59,121 bases of DNA from Euryarchaeota archaeon UBA346. Its GTDB lineage: Archaea; Thermoplasmatota; E2; DHVEG-1. Below the pieces are notes generated by a model. The model was given only the letters and a program-made list of their open reading frames with translations, ran no database searches and was not told the DNA's origin. The position numbers and the translations under genes were made by a program. The stretch covers positions 1,810-60,930 of the forward strand of contig DAJP01000050.1 in the NCBI GenBank assembly GCA_002496355.1. Reading direction: 5' to 3'. Shown in pieces: positions 10,045 to 20,783 of this stretch; the first letter of the stretch is position 1; each line of letters begins with the position of its first letter.

Positions 10045-10878
10045 CTATTCTTCCAAATCGATGTGGTAGGTATTTTTTGGGTTTTCTACATGAATCACAT
10101 GTGCATGTTTTTCCGATAAAAGGTTTTCCTGCAGAAGATTTTTTGTCAGTTTCGGGACTGTTCTTGGAGCAAGGACCGCACCCGGTCGTCGTAAATCGTC
10201 TATGTAATCAGTCTCCATTAAAAATCGAGTTCCTTTCTGCAATGCAGCAACGATATTTTTTCGCGAGGAAAGCACTGAGGGCATCAGACCAAAATTCTCC
10301 TCAGGTGTGATAAGGGGTGGGGCGAAGTGTTTAACGATTCTTTCGGGGTTTAAACCAACTTTTCTGCCCATTTCAACAAATTCTTCGCACAGCTTTGGTG
10401 TCGTACTTTCTGTGTGCAACACGACCGGTACTCCAGCATCTTTTGCTTGTGCCATACCATAGGCCAACAAATCGTTTGAATCCTGTATGATTTGTTGATC
10501 GACAGGAAAATGTGGTCGTCCTATCTCACCAATAGCGATGCAGAGATGTTCCCTGCAGAGATTTGCTGCCTCATCCATTCCTTTTCTCATAATCGACAGA
10601 GCGGTCTGACGTCCGAATCTCTCTTGAAGCGGAAGAAGGTCCACCGGATAGGGGCCCACGACGACAAACACACCGATATCAAGAGTAGATCGAATCTCTT
10701 CTGCCATGTGGATCGTCTCTTGATAGCAGGTCTGATAGCTTTTTTCTTTCAAGACGGTCTCAGGCATGGGATACTGACAGAGGATGAAATGGGTACCACC
10801 TGCGGCTTTGAACTCTTTGACTGCCTCAAGAAATCTCCCGTCCCGTCGGAGATGAAGATGATTATCGAAACAGATCAT
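10045..10878 (-). CDS. TatD-related metal-dependent hydrolase (archaeal)
   Basis: DNHLH, GEIGRPHF, LHTE, VKHF and METDYIDD metal-binding motifs. Confidence 0.88.
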   Translation of the reverse strand: MICFDNHLHLRRDGRFLEAVKEFKAAGGTHFILCQYPMPETVLKEKSYQTCYQETIHMAEEIRSTLDIGVFVVVGPYPVDLLPLQERFGRQTALSIMRKGMDEAANLCREHLCIAIGEIGRPHFPVDQQIIQDSNDLLAYGMAQAKDAGVPVVLHTESTTPKLCEEFVEMGRKVGLNPERIVKHFAPPLITPEENFGLMPSVLSSRKNIVAALQKGTRFLMETDYIDDLRRPGAVLAPRTVPKLTKNLLQENLLSEKHAHVIHVENPKNTYHIDLEE

Positions 10879-10943
10879 AGTCTCAGGTCCTATAAAAGAG
10901 AATAAAAAAGAAAGATATAAAGAGGTGGAGTGCGCGATATCAC

Positions 10944-11453
10944 CTATGTTTCCAGCTCAGCATCATTATGCGTGTTTTTCTTCCCAGCCACGATATCTAG
11001 GACGTCCTGCGCAAGGATCCAACCAAGATACCCCATGAAAAACGTGAAGAACCCCATGATGCTGTAGATGATTATGTTCTTTAATGGTTCGGTCCCGTCT
11101 TGAACCATGATGACAACTGTGCCAATGGCCAAGTAAACCAAAATGAGCAGCAGAATCCAGCGTAATGCGTTCATCGTACCATGAAAACTCAGAATAGGTT
11201 TAATGGTAAGTGCTTTTTTTTCTGCTGATTTTTTCACGTTTTTTCCTGGTGTCCTAGCCACTTTTTCGACAGTACATTGAAAAGTCGATGAAGCGAACTG
11301 TTTTACTTTTGCCTCATGCTTCTCTTGTTTCTGTATCGATTTATTCAGACGATATCGTTTATGGAACGGTGCTAGTGGAAGCACACGCAATGGTACTTTT
11401 CGTGTTTTAAGATTTCGCGAGAGACTTTTATTACTAATTTTTCTTATTGACAC
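10944..11453 (-). CDS. Hypothetical membrane protein (basic N-terminus, two C-terminal TM helices)
   Basis: ORF 10944..11495. Likely GTG start at 11453 after SD AGGAGG. Confidence 0.65.
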   Translation of the reverse strand: MSIRKISNKSLSRNLKTRKVPLRVLPLAPFHKRYRLNKSIQKQEKHEAKVKQFASSTFQCTVEKVARTPGKNVKKSAEKKALTIKPILSFHGTMNALRWILLLILVYLAIGTVVIMVQDGTEPLKNIIIYSIMGFFTFFMGYLGWILAQDVLDIVAGKKNTHNDAELET

Positions 11454-11622
11454 CGTTCTTCCTCCTAGTGAAGAATATTTTTTGAGTGATCCCAAAAAAG
11501 CAACAAATGGGACCTATAAAAGGCTGTTTTGTAGATACCTATGCATCTACAAGGCAGCTCGTTATCCCTTTACGGTGCAACCTTGTATGCACCTACATGT
11601 CCGACAAGATATCCTCAGGGTC

Positions 11623-12816
11623 TCAAATATCTGCGATGATGCTGATGATGTCCCCGTCTTTTAACTGATGGTCCGCACCGATAATGCGATGAGAGCGTGC
11701 ATCAATACCTCTGATAAAATGATCACCTAGGTCCGTATGAACCTTATATGCGAGGTCTTTTGCAGTGGATCCCCGGGGGATTAAGTGTGCATCGGGCAGG
11801 ACGCGACCTTCTTTGTCCGTGAGACGATGCTCATCCTGCACTGGGTACACAACGATCAGGTCAAGCATCCGGACTGCTTCATCGATACATTTCTGAACAC
11901 CGGTCGATCCGTATTTCTGAAGGACATGTTCTCGGATATATTCCAATGCCTTGATCTGTTTTTCAGAGAGTCCCTCTTTTTTAAGGATGGTGAAATCATT
12001 GCCGCCCGGTGTATAGGAGATGATTCCTTTCTCTGCTGCGTTACTTAATGCAAGTTCACTTTCCGCGCTGCAGGGGATGACGATGTATTTTGTCAGTTCT
12101 TTTCTTTTTTCCATGAGGTTCTCTGGTGCTTTATCGCTTTTGTTAAAGGCGATGATGATTGGTTTACTGATGGCACGAACGTAATCGGTGAGTTTGAAGA
12201 TCTGGTCGTCTTTCCAGTGTGATGGTTTGGAAATATCGAGGTTGATTTTTCGTATCGCTCCAGAGATATGCTCTTCGCGGATCCCCAGGCCGGTGAGCTG
12301 CTCTGTTAGCATCTTTTCTATTTTTTTGTTTTCAAGCTCGCATTTTCTTGCAATGATTTCCCAGCTTTTTTTGATGATACCAAATAACCAGTAGTTGATT
12401 TCTTTTTCAAGAAATTCGATGTCGAGGAGTGGGTCATGGGAGCCCAGTTCACAGGGGTTTCCTTCCGCATCCGTGCTTCCGGATGCATCGACGATGTGGA
12501 TTAGGGCGTGGGCTTGTCGCAGATCATCAAGGAATTTATTTCCCAGTCCTTTCCCTTTGTGGGCATCGGGGACGAGGCCTGCGACATCGATTGCTTCGAT
12601 GGGGACGAACCTGATTCCATCGATACATCGAGAATTATGTGGTGTGCAGGTGACATGGGCATCTTTGCAGGGACAGGGTTTGCGGATGTACATGACCCCC
12701 CGGTTTGCCTCGATGGTCGTAAATGGGTAGTTTGCAACCTCTGCATGGGCTTTTGTGGCAGCGTTGAAGAACGTGGATTTTCCGACGTTTGGTTTTCCAA
12801 CAATACCTAACTGCAT
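11623..12816 (-). CDS. ychF: OBG-family translation-associated GTPase/ATPase (archaeal YchF-type) with TGS domain
   Basis: GKPNVGKST, NYPFTT, DVAGLV, NKSD, C-terminal TGS. Confidence 0.9.
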   Translation of the reverse strand: MQLGIVGKPNVGKSTFFNAATKAHAEVANYPFTTIEANRGVMYIRKPCPCKDAHVTCTPHNSRCIDGIRFVPIEAIDVAGLVPDAHKGKGLGNKFLDDLRQAHALIHIVDASGSTDAEGNPCELGSHDPLLDIEFLEKEINYWLFGIIKKSWEIIARKCELENKKIEKMLTEQLTGLGIREEHISGAIRKINLDISKPSHWKDDQIFKLTDYVRAISKPIIIAFNKSDKAPENLMEKRKELTKYIVIPCSAESELALSNAAEKGIISYTPGGNDFTILKKEGLSEKQIKALEYIREHVLQKYGSTGVQKCIDEAVRMLDLIVVYPVQDEHRLTDKEGRVLPDAHLIPRGSTAKDLAYKVHTDLGDHFIRGIDARSHRIIGADHQLKDGDIISIIADI

Positions 12817-12821
12817 TGTTC

Positions 12822-13745
12822 CTACTCCAAGAGTTCTTTTACTTCATCGGCGACATCGACATCGTTTTCAAAGCGTTTAACCTTTTCAGTGGCTTGTTCT
12901 TTTAAGCTATCGACAAAGGACACGCCTTTTTTGGCATGGAATGTCCCCTGTATCGAGGCTGTTTTTGACAGGGAGATTTCCTCAGCGGAGATGTTCCCGA
13001 CGATGTCTGCTTGTTCTGTGATATTGACGATGCCAAGTGATGTGATGTTCCCATGGATTTTTACTTTTTTACCAACGTAGATGTTTCCGGTTGCTTTCAA
13101 GGTGCCGAAGATTTCTGATTTCTCTTCTATGGAGATGTTGCCTTGTACATCATAGTTGCCCAACAGTTTACATTCTTTGCCAACCTGGAGATTTCCTTCC
13201 ACTTTTGAGTTGGAGATGCTTATAATGGAGTTGTTTGGTAGGAAGAGGAACGATTCTGATATCGGGATGGTGTCCCCATCGTTTTGTTCGAGTTCCTCAA
13301 GGATGCGTTCGATTTCTTCGCTTCGTCCCATTTTCAACAACTGTAAAAGATATACAAAGATATATATCACCATGGGGACCGGGTTCCTGATATTAATCCA
13401 ACCCTTCGCCTCAAAACCCTTCTCAATCTCAACACTATCCCCAACATCCAGATCGCCTCGGAGAGATAACGCTCCTTTAATCTTTGTCTTCTCCCCAAGA
13501 TACACGTTCCCTCCGCTTTGGACATTCCCCCCAATTGAAGAAAAAATATCCACTCGGACATCCTGAGGAGAATTAAGATTCCCATCAATGATCGCATGTT
13601 CACCAACAAAAATCCGACCATCGGTATGAACACTAAAACGAACAAGGGAACGATCACCAATCACGACATCGCCCTTGGTCATTATTAAAGCTTCATCAAA
13701 CAAGGTCTTATCTGGAATAACCAGTGTTTTTCTATCGAAAGCCAT
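12822..13745 (-). CDS. Polymer-forming cytoskeletal (bactofilin-like) beta-helix repeat protein
   Basis: Repeated (I/V)xGxIxxxGx(V/I) units in two blocks around a central hydrophobic helix. Confidence 0.75.
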   Translation of the reverse strand: MAFDRKTLVIPDKTLFDEALIMTKGDVVIGDRSLVRFSVHTDGRIFVGEHAIIDGNLNSPQDVRVDIFSSIGGNVQSGGNVYLGEKTKIKGALSLRGDLDVGDSVEIEKGFEAKGWINIRNPVPMVIYIFVYLLQLLKMGRSEEIERILEELEQNDGDTIPISESFLFLPNNSIISISNSKVEGNLQVGKECKLLGNYDVQGNISIEEKSEIFGTLKATGNIYVGKKVKIHGNITSLGIVNITEQADIVGNISAEEISLSKTASIQGTFHAKKGVSFVDSLKEQATEKVKRFENDVDVADEVKELLE

Positions 13746-13893
13746 TGTCCACAGATATGAACTAACGCATTATAAAACCAACGGCAGAGGTATTCTCCCC
13801 CAAAGAAAAAAATTGATATATGAAATGCGTATATGTCGGTGAATCTCAAACATGAACGTCTCATCATAGTCGTATTGAGTGGAAGTTTTAACC

Positions 13894-15921
13894 ATGACAA
13901 CAAAACAAACAGATACACCATCAGAACAAAATGAACAGAACGTAGAGGAATTACCTCCAATAGATGTCTGGATTCAGAACATCAAATTCACGACTACCGA
14001 GGATATCAAAGTCCCAGAAAATCTCTTAGATCAGGTCATTGGACAAGATCAAACCGTCGCAATCGTCAAAAAAGCAGCAGAACAGAAACGGCACGTCATG
14101 CTTATCGGAGACCCAGGGACTGGAAAATCCATGGTCGCACGCGCTATGACCGAGTTTCTACCAAAAGGAGAACTCGAAGACATCATCGTCTACCCCAACA
14201 ACGAGGACACCAACACCCCAACCATCCGAGTCGTTCCCGCTGGAAAAGCACATGAAATCATACGAATGCAGCGAGAGGAAGCAAAGCGGAAAGCCGAACA
14301 ACAAAACAGCATGATCCTGGGAATCGTTTTATTGATCGTTACACTCTCCTTAATCGGGGCAATGGTCACCGGTCATCTCGAATACGCGATTTTTGGTGTC
14401 ATTGCCGCCGTCATGGTCTACCTCATTGTCGCACGAGGGGGATTCTCCCAGAGACGAGAACTCCAGATGATCCCAAAACTCTTAGTATCCCATGAGAAAA
14501 ACGACGTCCCACCATTCATTGATGCAACCGCTGCACATTCTGGAGCACTCCTTGGTGACGTACGACACGATCCGTTCCAATCAGCCGGACTGGAAACACC
14601 TCCCCACCAACTCGTTGAAGCAGGTGCTATTCACCGAGCACACAAGGGCGTATTGTACATCGATGAGATCAACACCTTAAGTTTACCGTCACAGCAGCAT
14701 TTACTCACCGCTATCCAGGAGAAAAAATTTCAGATTACCGGACAGTCCGAACGAAGCTTTGGTGCAATGGTAAAAACAGAACCAGCACCCTGCGACTTCA
14801 TCTTAGTCTCTGCAGGAAACCTCGATGCGTTAAACGGCATGCATCCCGCGTTACGCTCTCGTATCAGAGGATATGGATACGAAAGCTATCTTCTCAGCGT
14901 CATGGATGATACCCAGGCGAATCGAGAAAAACTCATCCGATTCGTTGCTCAGGAAGTAAAGAAAGATGGTAAAATACATCATTTCAACAAAGAAGCTGTC
15001 GCCGAAGTCATCCATGAGGCACAACGAAGAGCCGGACGAAAAGGAAAACTCTCCTTGCGATTACGAGAACTTGGTGGTTTGATCCGGGTTGCTGGAGATA
15101 TCGCTTATGAGAAAGGAGATAAAATCATCACACAACAGCATGTCATTGAAGCGAAACGTATCGCGCGATCATTAGAACAGCAAGTCTCAGACCGTGCATT
15201 AGAATCACAAAAGAGTTATCGATCCTTCAGAACCTTAGGTGAAGAAGTCGGCGTCGTCAATGGACTAGCGGTGCATTCTGCGGATCCATCGATGAGCGAG
15301 TTCTCTGGGTTAGTACTCCCAATAGTCGCGGAGGTAACACCTGCTGGGTCACAGTCCGAAGGAAAGGTAATTGCCACGGGAAAACTTGGGGATATCGCGA
15401 AAGAATCAGTTCAAAATATCTCTGCGATTATTAAAAAATATATGGGACGAGATATCTCGAAACATGATATCCACATCCAGTTCATCGGTACCTATGAAGG
15501 TGTCGAGGGCGACTCCGCAAGCATCTCGTTGATCACCGCAGTCATCTCCGCCATGGAGAACGTCCCGGTTCGACAGGATGTTGCAATGACCGGTTCGATA
15601 AGCATCAGAGGAACAGTGCTCCCCATCGGTGGAGTCACCGCAAAAATCGAGGCAGCTGCTGAGGCAGGGATGAAGACCGTAATCATTCCAAAAGCGAATC
15701 TCAATGATGTATTAATCGAAGATAAATACAAGAAAATCATCGAAATCATCCCTGTTGAGACCTTAACAGATGTTCTCCAAACCGCGCTCGTCGGTAACGG
15801 GAAAGAAGAGCTCTTACGAAAATTAAAAGAGATGCGCCCTCCAAAAATCATCGGCAAAGTCGAACTGGAATCTGAACGAAAGAAACCAACCTCTCTCCAT
15901 CCTGAAGAACCAAGAAAGTAA
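13894..15921 (+). CDS. lonB: Archaeal membrane-anchored ATP-dependent protease LonB
   Basis: Walker A GDPGTGKS, two TM helices inside the AAA+ domain, LYIDEI, catalytic GDSAS and TAKIEAA. No intein-sized insertion. Confidence 0.97.
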   Translation: MTTKQTDTPSEQNEQNVEELPPIDVWIQNIKFTTTEDIKVPENLLDQVIGQDQTVAIVKKAAEQKRHVMLIGDPGTGKSMVARAMTEFLPKGELEDIIVYPNNEDTNTPTIRVVPAGKAHEIIRMQREEAKRKAEQQNSMILGIVLLIVTLSLIGAMVTGHLEYAIFGVIAAVMVYLIVARGGFSQRRELQMIPKLLVSHEKNDVPPFIDATAAHSGALLGDVRHDPFQSAGLETPPHQLVEAGAIHRAHKGVLYIDEINTLSLPSQQHLLTAIQEKKFQITGQSERSFGAMVKTEPAPCDFILVSAGNLDALNGMHPALRSRIRGYGYESYLLSVMDDTQANREKLIRFVAQEVKKDGKIHHFNKEAVAEVIHEAQRRAGRKGKLSLRLRELGGLIRVAGDIAYEKGDKIITQQHVIEAKRIARSLEQQVSDRALESQKSYRSFRTLGEEVGVVNGLAVHSADPSMSEFSGLVLPIVAEVTPAGSQSEGKVIATGKLGDIAKESVQNISAIIKKYMGRDISKHDIHIQFIGTYEGVEGDSASISLITAVISAMENVPVRQDVAMTGSISIRGTVLPIGGVTAKIEAAAEAGMKTVIIPKANLNDVLIEDKYKKIIEIIPVETLTDVLQTALVGNGKEELLRKLKEMRPPKIIGKVELESERKKPTSLHPEEPRK

Positions 15922-15989
15922 ATATGTCATCCGTTCTTATCATTCAATAGAGAAAAAAATCGTAGGATAGAAGATTTCGTAGGTTGACT

Positions 15990-16490
15990 ATGAAAGCGTT
16001 GTTTATTGGGCGTTTTCAACCCTTCCACATGGGCCATCTCTTATTGTTACAACGACTGTCGAAACAGTATGAAGAGATTATCATTGGCATCGGGTCTTCT
16101 CAATATCATGACACCGCGGATAATCCTTTTTCAGAGGCAGAACGATATCAGATGATCATACGTTCACTTACGGCTGATTATATCCAGAACTACCGCATTG
16201 TCTCCATCCCTGATATCCATAATCCTCCGAAATGGGTCGATCATGTCTGCTCCATCGTCTCTGATTTTGATGTGGTCATCTCGAACAATCCAGTGACCCG
16301 AACATTATTCTCAAAGAAAGGATTTATGGTGAAGGGAACAGCCTATTTTGATAGAAAACGATACTCTGGAAAGGAGATACGCAGGCGTATCCTTCAAGAT
16401 GAACCCTGGGGGGATTTGGTGCCTCCTGCGGTCTACGATTTTATTAACACCATCGAGGGAGTACCTCGTCTTAAAAGAATAGCACCATAA
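15990..16490 (+). CDS. nadM: Nicotinamide-nucleotide adenylyltransferase
   Basis: GRFQPFHMGH (HxGH), GSSQ, NPFS..ER, SGKEIR. Confidence 0.92.
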   Translation: MKALFIGRFQPFHMGHLLLLQRLSKQYEEIIIGIGSSQYHDTADNPFSEAERYQMIIRSLTADYIQNYRIVSIPDIHNPPKWVDHVCSIVSDFDVVISNNPVTRTLFSKKGFMVKGTAYFDRKRYSGKEIRRRILQDEPWGDLVPPAVYDFINTIEGVPRLKRIAP

Positions 16491-16563
16491 TGTATTAAAA
16501 AAGGATTTTTTGATAAGAACCGTACAGATATATTTATATAAAATAACAGAGAACCGTATCAGT

Positions 16564-17478
16564 ATGAGTGGTTCTGGTGAGGATATAGGATCTAAGATAG
16601 GTGTCTATCTGAAACTTCTACGACCATTTACCCTTCTCGCACCCCTGATTGTCTCCAGTAGCGTCATCATCGCAAGTCTGGTGGAATCTCATATCACAGA
16701 TCAAATTGGTATTTCCCTTCTTCTCACAATACTTACCGCAAGTTTTTGCTTCGCCTTACTCAATGGAGCATCCAATGTCTTAAATCAAGCAACAGACTGG
16801 AAAGAAGATGCCATATCAAAACCCTATCGACCGATACCAAATGGAATCGTCACCTCAAAGGAAGCATACCAGCTTTCCTGTATGCTCTATGTAGGAGCAT
16901 TCCTCCTGTCCTTCGCCGTCCATGCCCTCTTTAGTTTCTTCATCACCCTGATTGCTGTATTCTCCATTACCTATTCCCTCACACCACGCATGAAAAGATT
17001 CCTTTTTTTCAACCAGCTATGGGTCGCAATCCCAAGAGGATTCTTTGCCATTCTTGCTTCCTGGAGTGTGTTTGGAAACCCTTTTAAGCCACTCCCGTTA
17101 GCTATCGGGTGCGTTGCCGCTCTGTTTCTTTTCGGCGGAACCACCACAAAAGACATACTTGATGCAGAGGCAGATCGGGTTGTGGGAACAAAAACACTCG
17201 TCAACGTCTATGGTGTGAAAATAGCTGCTGTTCTCTCATTGATCTTCATGGTGAGCGCATTTTGTTTGATCATTCCCCTCGTATATCTTCAGGTTCTACC
17301 AACGGTTGTTTTTCCTCTCTCATTTCTAAGTTTCCTTAGCGTCATTATCGGATGGCTCATGATCCACAAACACAAAAATTCAAAATGGGAGAACACCTCA
17401 GCTTGGACCGTGATGTACGCAACTTATTTTCTTTTTGCATTCAGTTTTGCGATTATCACGATTTTTTCTTCTGCGTAA
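16564..17478 (+). CDS. UbiA-family prenyltransferase (paralog A1)
   Basis: LLRPFTL, NQATDWKED..SKPYRPIP, KDILDAEAD, multi-TM. Confidence 0.9.
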   Translation: MSGSGEDIGSKIGVYLKLLRPFTLLAPLIVSSSVIIASLVESHITDQIGISLLLTILTASFCFALLNGASNVLNQATDWKEDAISKPYRPIPNGIVTSKEAYQLSCMLYVGAFLLSFAVHALFSFFITLIAVFSITYSLTPRMKRFLFFNQLWVAIPRGFFAILASWSVFGNPFKPLPLAIGCVAALFLFGGTTTKDILDAEADRVVGTKTLVNVYGVKIAAVLSLIFMVSAFCLIIPLVYLQVLPTVVFPLSFLSFLSVIIGWLMIHKHKNSKWENTSAWTVMYATYFLFAFSFAIITIFSSA

Positions 17479-20400
17479 TCCTCGTTTTCACATCCAAGAT
17501 GATCGCTACTGCTGCAACGATGACTGCGAGACAGACGGCATAGAATCCCGTACTAAAGCCCCAGTTCGAATGCAGGATGATCTCTTCGAAACCCATTGAT
17601 ACCGACAGCATCTCTTCCCCTTGGACCGAGCCAAGGCTTGTTTCGATTAATCGCGTCGTCCCAACGATAAAAGCAGCTAGCAGGATTCCCAGCAGAATCA
17701 CCCCGATGACACTGAACGCAAATCCATAATTTTTTTTCTTCGTCCTTCTCAAAATGATTCCTATCGTGATACTCGCACAAGCAAGGAACATGATCGGTAC
17801 TATCCAACCTAGAAACAGAAGGAACATATCAGGCATTTCCGCCAATGTCAAGGATACCTCCCCATAATAGGTTTTTGTCTCAATCATCATCCCTGGATTA
17901 ATGTACAACGAGGTAGTTTTTTCTGCAGGGAGCGTCGAACTAACTCCCGTAAATAACCACCAGGGTTGGAAGAACGATAAGATGACAAGGAGGATTGCCA
18001 GGGATTTCAATAACGAGGACACTGAAAATTTTCTTAGGATTGTCAGTATCACAAAAAATCCAAAAAGCATATAAAAAACCAATGATAGAAACAGCGGGAA
18101 TAATGATTCTATCATCGTCACAAACGTCAAATGCTTATCATTGAAGAGATCCACAGGTTTTACTCCAATGAGCTCATTGTCCAAATAAGCGTTGATTGAA
18201 TAATGCGCGGGTGGGAGCACAATGGTTTTTTCCTTTGTTCTTTCTATCGTTTGATTGTTTCGAAAGATGACAAATTCTACCTCGTCATTGACCAACGTGT
18301 TTCCCTTGGAATCAAAAAGATCAATAACGACATTAAAGCGAGCTGAAAACTTCATCTGAACAGCGTCCCCTGAATTGGGGATTGTCACATGGACATCATC
18401 AAGGAACTCACCAAAACTGATCTGCAGATGGTAATCACCAACTGGGACCCTTTCAAAGACAAAGGATCCTTTTCCATTATTTTTGGGTGTTATCTGAACC
18501 GTTGTATTTCCATTTGAAGTGACTAGAATGGGTGTCAACTCGATTCCTGGTGGAAGATAAAGAGCATCCGTTATGACTACCGGAAGGTCATAAAGACCCA
18601 AAGTAATCTCCTTACTTAATTTTTTTATTGTTTTTTGTAGTTGCTGATCGTAGATAATCATATCCTTGTACTCTGCTTTCAGGACATAGGGGTCCTGTGG
18701 ATCGAACGGGGCTTTGACAACTAATTCTCCGTTCCCCTGTGTGATATTTTCATCGTACAGCACCCCGTTTTTATTCATCAGCCAACCATGGATCCCTGCT
18801 ATCCCCACTCCATTTTGATCAAGAAATGAATATTTTATAGTCCGCTCCCAAGTGCAGAAAACATTTATTCGTTTGTCTTTGTTCAAATGAAGAACGTTTG
18901 ACCCGGTGAAAATCTTCCTATTGCCCCATTTAAAGAATATTTTAACAAGATAGTCGCCCTCCAGGACATCAGTAAAGGTTTTTTTCGCTCGTATGAACAG
19001 CGATCGATTGGCTGCCCCGTCAAAGATGACGCGACCATTTTGATCAAGCTCAATCCACATCACCGGAAAGACATTACCAACCAGGTTCGACAACCAAGGA
19101 TGAGCGAGATGTGTTCTCCCTAAACGAGCGATGATGGTGACATTATATCGTTTGAGTTCTCTTTCAAAGGGGATGTCACCAGAGTAACTGCGAGATTTCT
19201 GTAACTCCTTATAAAAATATGATTCCTGTTGCACGCTTTCATATCCGCCGGTTTCAGATGCAAAGACTTCTGCATCGAATTGGACAATAAGATCTGAAGG
19301 GATAGTGACATCATGACTATGCCCAGGTTGAAACGAATGTCTCCCAAAATTAATGGAGACGTAATCTACCTCAGTTCCCAGGAAGTTGACATACTCCTTT
19401 TCCGCGACTTTTAATTGGGTGCCGTCCTGTTCATCGGTTCCTGAGATTACAAGACCTTTCTCCGATGCAAAGAGAACCGCATTAGCAAATCCCTTTTTCC
19501 CATCTCCATAGCACAACCATGCTTCGGATCCTAGCGTTGCATCGTTCTGATAGGAGATGACCCATTCTCGTTCTTTCGTGGAAGGATTTTGGTTCAATTG
19601 GTATTGTTCGATCTTCTCTTTGTCGCTGTAAAAGTTCAGATAAGGATAGATTTTCCCAAAGTTTAGGGAATCCACTGCAGCACTTCGTGATTTAAACGAA
19701 ATCAGGGAACCAAATCTTCCATCGACATTATCAATACCCTGTACGGTAGCATCTTTTAACATCTCATGTTTCACATGAACATTAAGACGTTTTTCTTCAG
19801 TTGGACAATAATAGTATCGATAAATCACAGTGGTCTGGACATCCTTCAATTTTGACTCACTAAATATCCCGAATTCCACCATTAGATTCCCATCAATGAA
19901 CACTTTTTTATCAATGAACACCTGATCGGAGGAACTCTCATCTTTCTCTTTGTCCCCATAATAATAGGAAAACGCAAAAGAAACGATTTGATCAGAGTCA
20001 ATGATATCAAACTCCTTACACTCTTTCTTCTGCTTCACAACCACCTGAGCACAGGAACGGTCCAAGAGTGTTCCTTCTTGTCCAACTCCGTAGACACAGT
20101 ATCCGTCTTCTTCTATGCCATAGAATTTTGCGACGGCAGATATCTCAGGTAACGGTGAGGAGGTATAGTTCAAATCCTCGATAATCACATGGTCCTTGTA
20201 ATTTGGTTGTATCGTTTCTGCATCATCGTAGTAGATGAAATACTGTTCAGTTCCATCTGCAAAATCAGGGATTAAAAAAATGACGGTGCATTCACTGATA
20301 TAACCTGTTTCTCCCGGTGTCTTTTCAAGAGAATAAATCTGGGATTCCAAATCATGCCAATGGTCCTGATGCCAGCAGGACACCCGTATGGATGTCTGAT

Positions 20401-20635
20401 TTACATCCTCTGTCCAACAAGGGTGTTCGAACCGGAAACGCAGGTCAATTGGTTGATAATGGGAAAGAAAATCATTTGTTTGAATCGGAAGAGATATCTC
20501 CTGTCGATACGCCCATTCTTTATACCCCGGGTCCCAAGAAGGAGCTCCCTCATCTTGAGCGGAGCCTGACAAACCTATCGCTGGTAGAATCAACAGAAGA
20601 AGTATTCCAACTATGATGATATTGGACCTTCGCAT
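17456..20635 (-). CDS. Large secreted, membrane-anchored protein (~1060 aa): DUF2341-like N-terminus, beta-sandwich repeats, ~5 C-terminal TM
   Basis: Signal peptide after ATG 20635 (SD AGGAG), W.YRQEI...YFIYYD pattern, C-terminal hydrophobic bundle with PWW and WGFSTGFY. Confidence 0.75.
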   Translation of the reverse strand: MRRSNIIIVGILLLLILPAIGLSGSAQDEGAPSWDPGYKEWAYRQEISLPIQTNDFLSHYQPIDLRFRFEHPCWTEDVNQTSIRVSCWHQDHWHDLESQIYSLEKTPGETGYISECTVIFLIPDFADGTEQYFIYYDDAETIQPNYKDHVIIEDLNYTSSPLPEISAVAKFYGIEEDGYCVYGVGQEGTLLDRSCAQVVVKQKKECKEFDIIDSDQIVSFAFSYYYGDKEKDESSSDQVFIDKKVFIDGNLMVEFGIFSESKLKDVQTTVIYRYYYCPTEEKRLNVHVKHEMLKDATVQGIDNVDGRFGSLISFKSRSAAVDSLNFGKIYPYLNFYSDKEKIEQYQLNQNPSTKEREWVISYQNDATLGSEAWLCYGDGKKGFANAVLFASEKGLVISGTDEQDGTQLKVAEKEYVNFLGTEVDYVSINFGRHSFQPGHSHDVTIPSDLIVQFDAEVFASETGGYESVQQESYFYKELQKSRSYSGDIPFERELKRYNVTIIARLGRTHLAHPWLSNLVGNVFPVMWIELDQNGRVIFDGAANRSLFIRAKKTFTDVLEGDYLVKIFFKWGNRKIFTGSNVLHLNKDKRINVFCTWERTIKYSFLDQNGVGIAGIHGWLMNKNGVLYDENITQGNGELVVKAPFDPQDPYVLKAEYKDMIIYDQQLQKTIKKLSKEITLGLYDLPVVITDALYLPPGIELTPILVTSNGNTTVQITPKNNGKGSFVFERVPVGDYHLQISFGEFLDDVHVTIPNSGDAVQMKFSARFNVVIDLFDSKGNTLVNDEVEFVIFRNNQTIERTKEKTIVLPPAHYSINAYLDNELIGVKPVDLFNDKHLTFVTMIESLFPLFLSLVFYMLFGFFVILTILRKFSVSSLLKSLAILLVILSFFQPWWLFTGVSSTLPAEKTTSLYINPGMMIETKTYYGEVSLTLAEMPDMFLLFLGWIVPIMFLACASITIGIILRRTKKKNYGFAFSVIGVILLGILLAAFIVGTTRLIETSLGSVQGEEMLSVSMGFEEIILHSNWGFSTGFYAVCLAVIVAAVAIILDVKTRITQKKKS

Positions 20636-20783
20636 AGGTCTCCTTTCTTTATATTTATTTAAACGTTCTATATAAAATAGTTGTTTTATACGTATAAGAA
20701 CCTTTTTCATAAAACAAGATGGGATAATCCACGATTTTCTCCTTGATATTGCTGTTGTACTGAAAAAAAGGTGTTTGGGTCAA

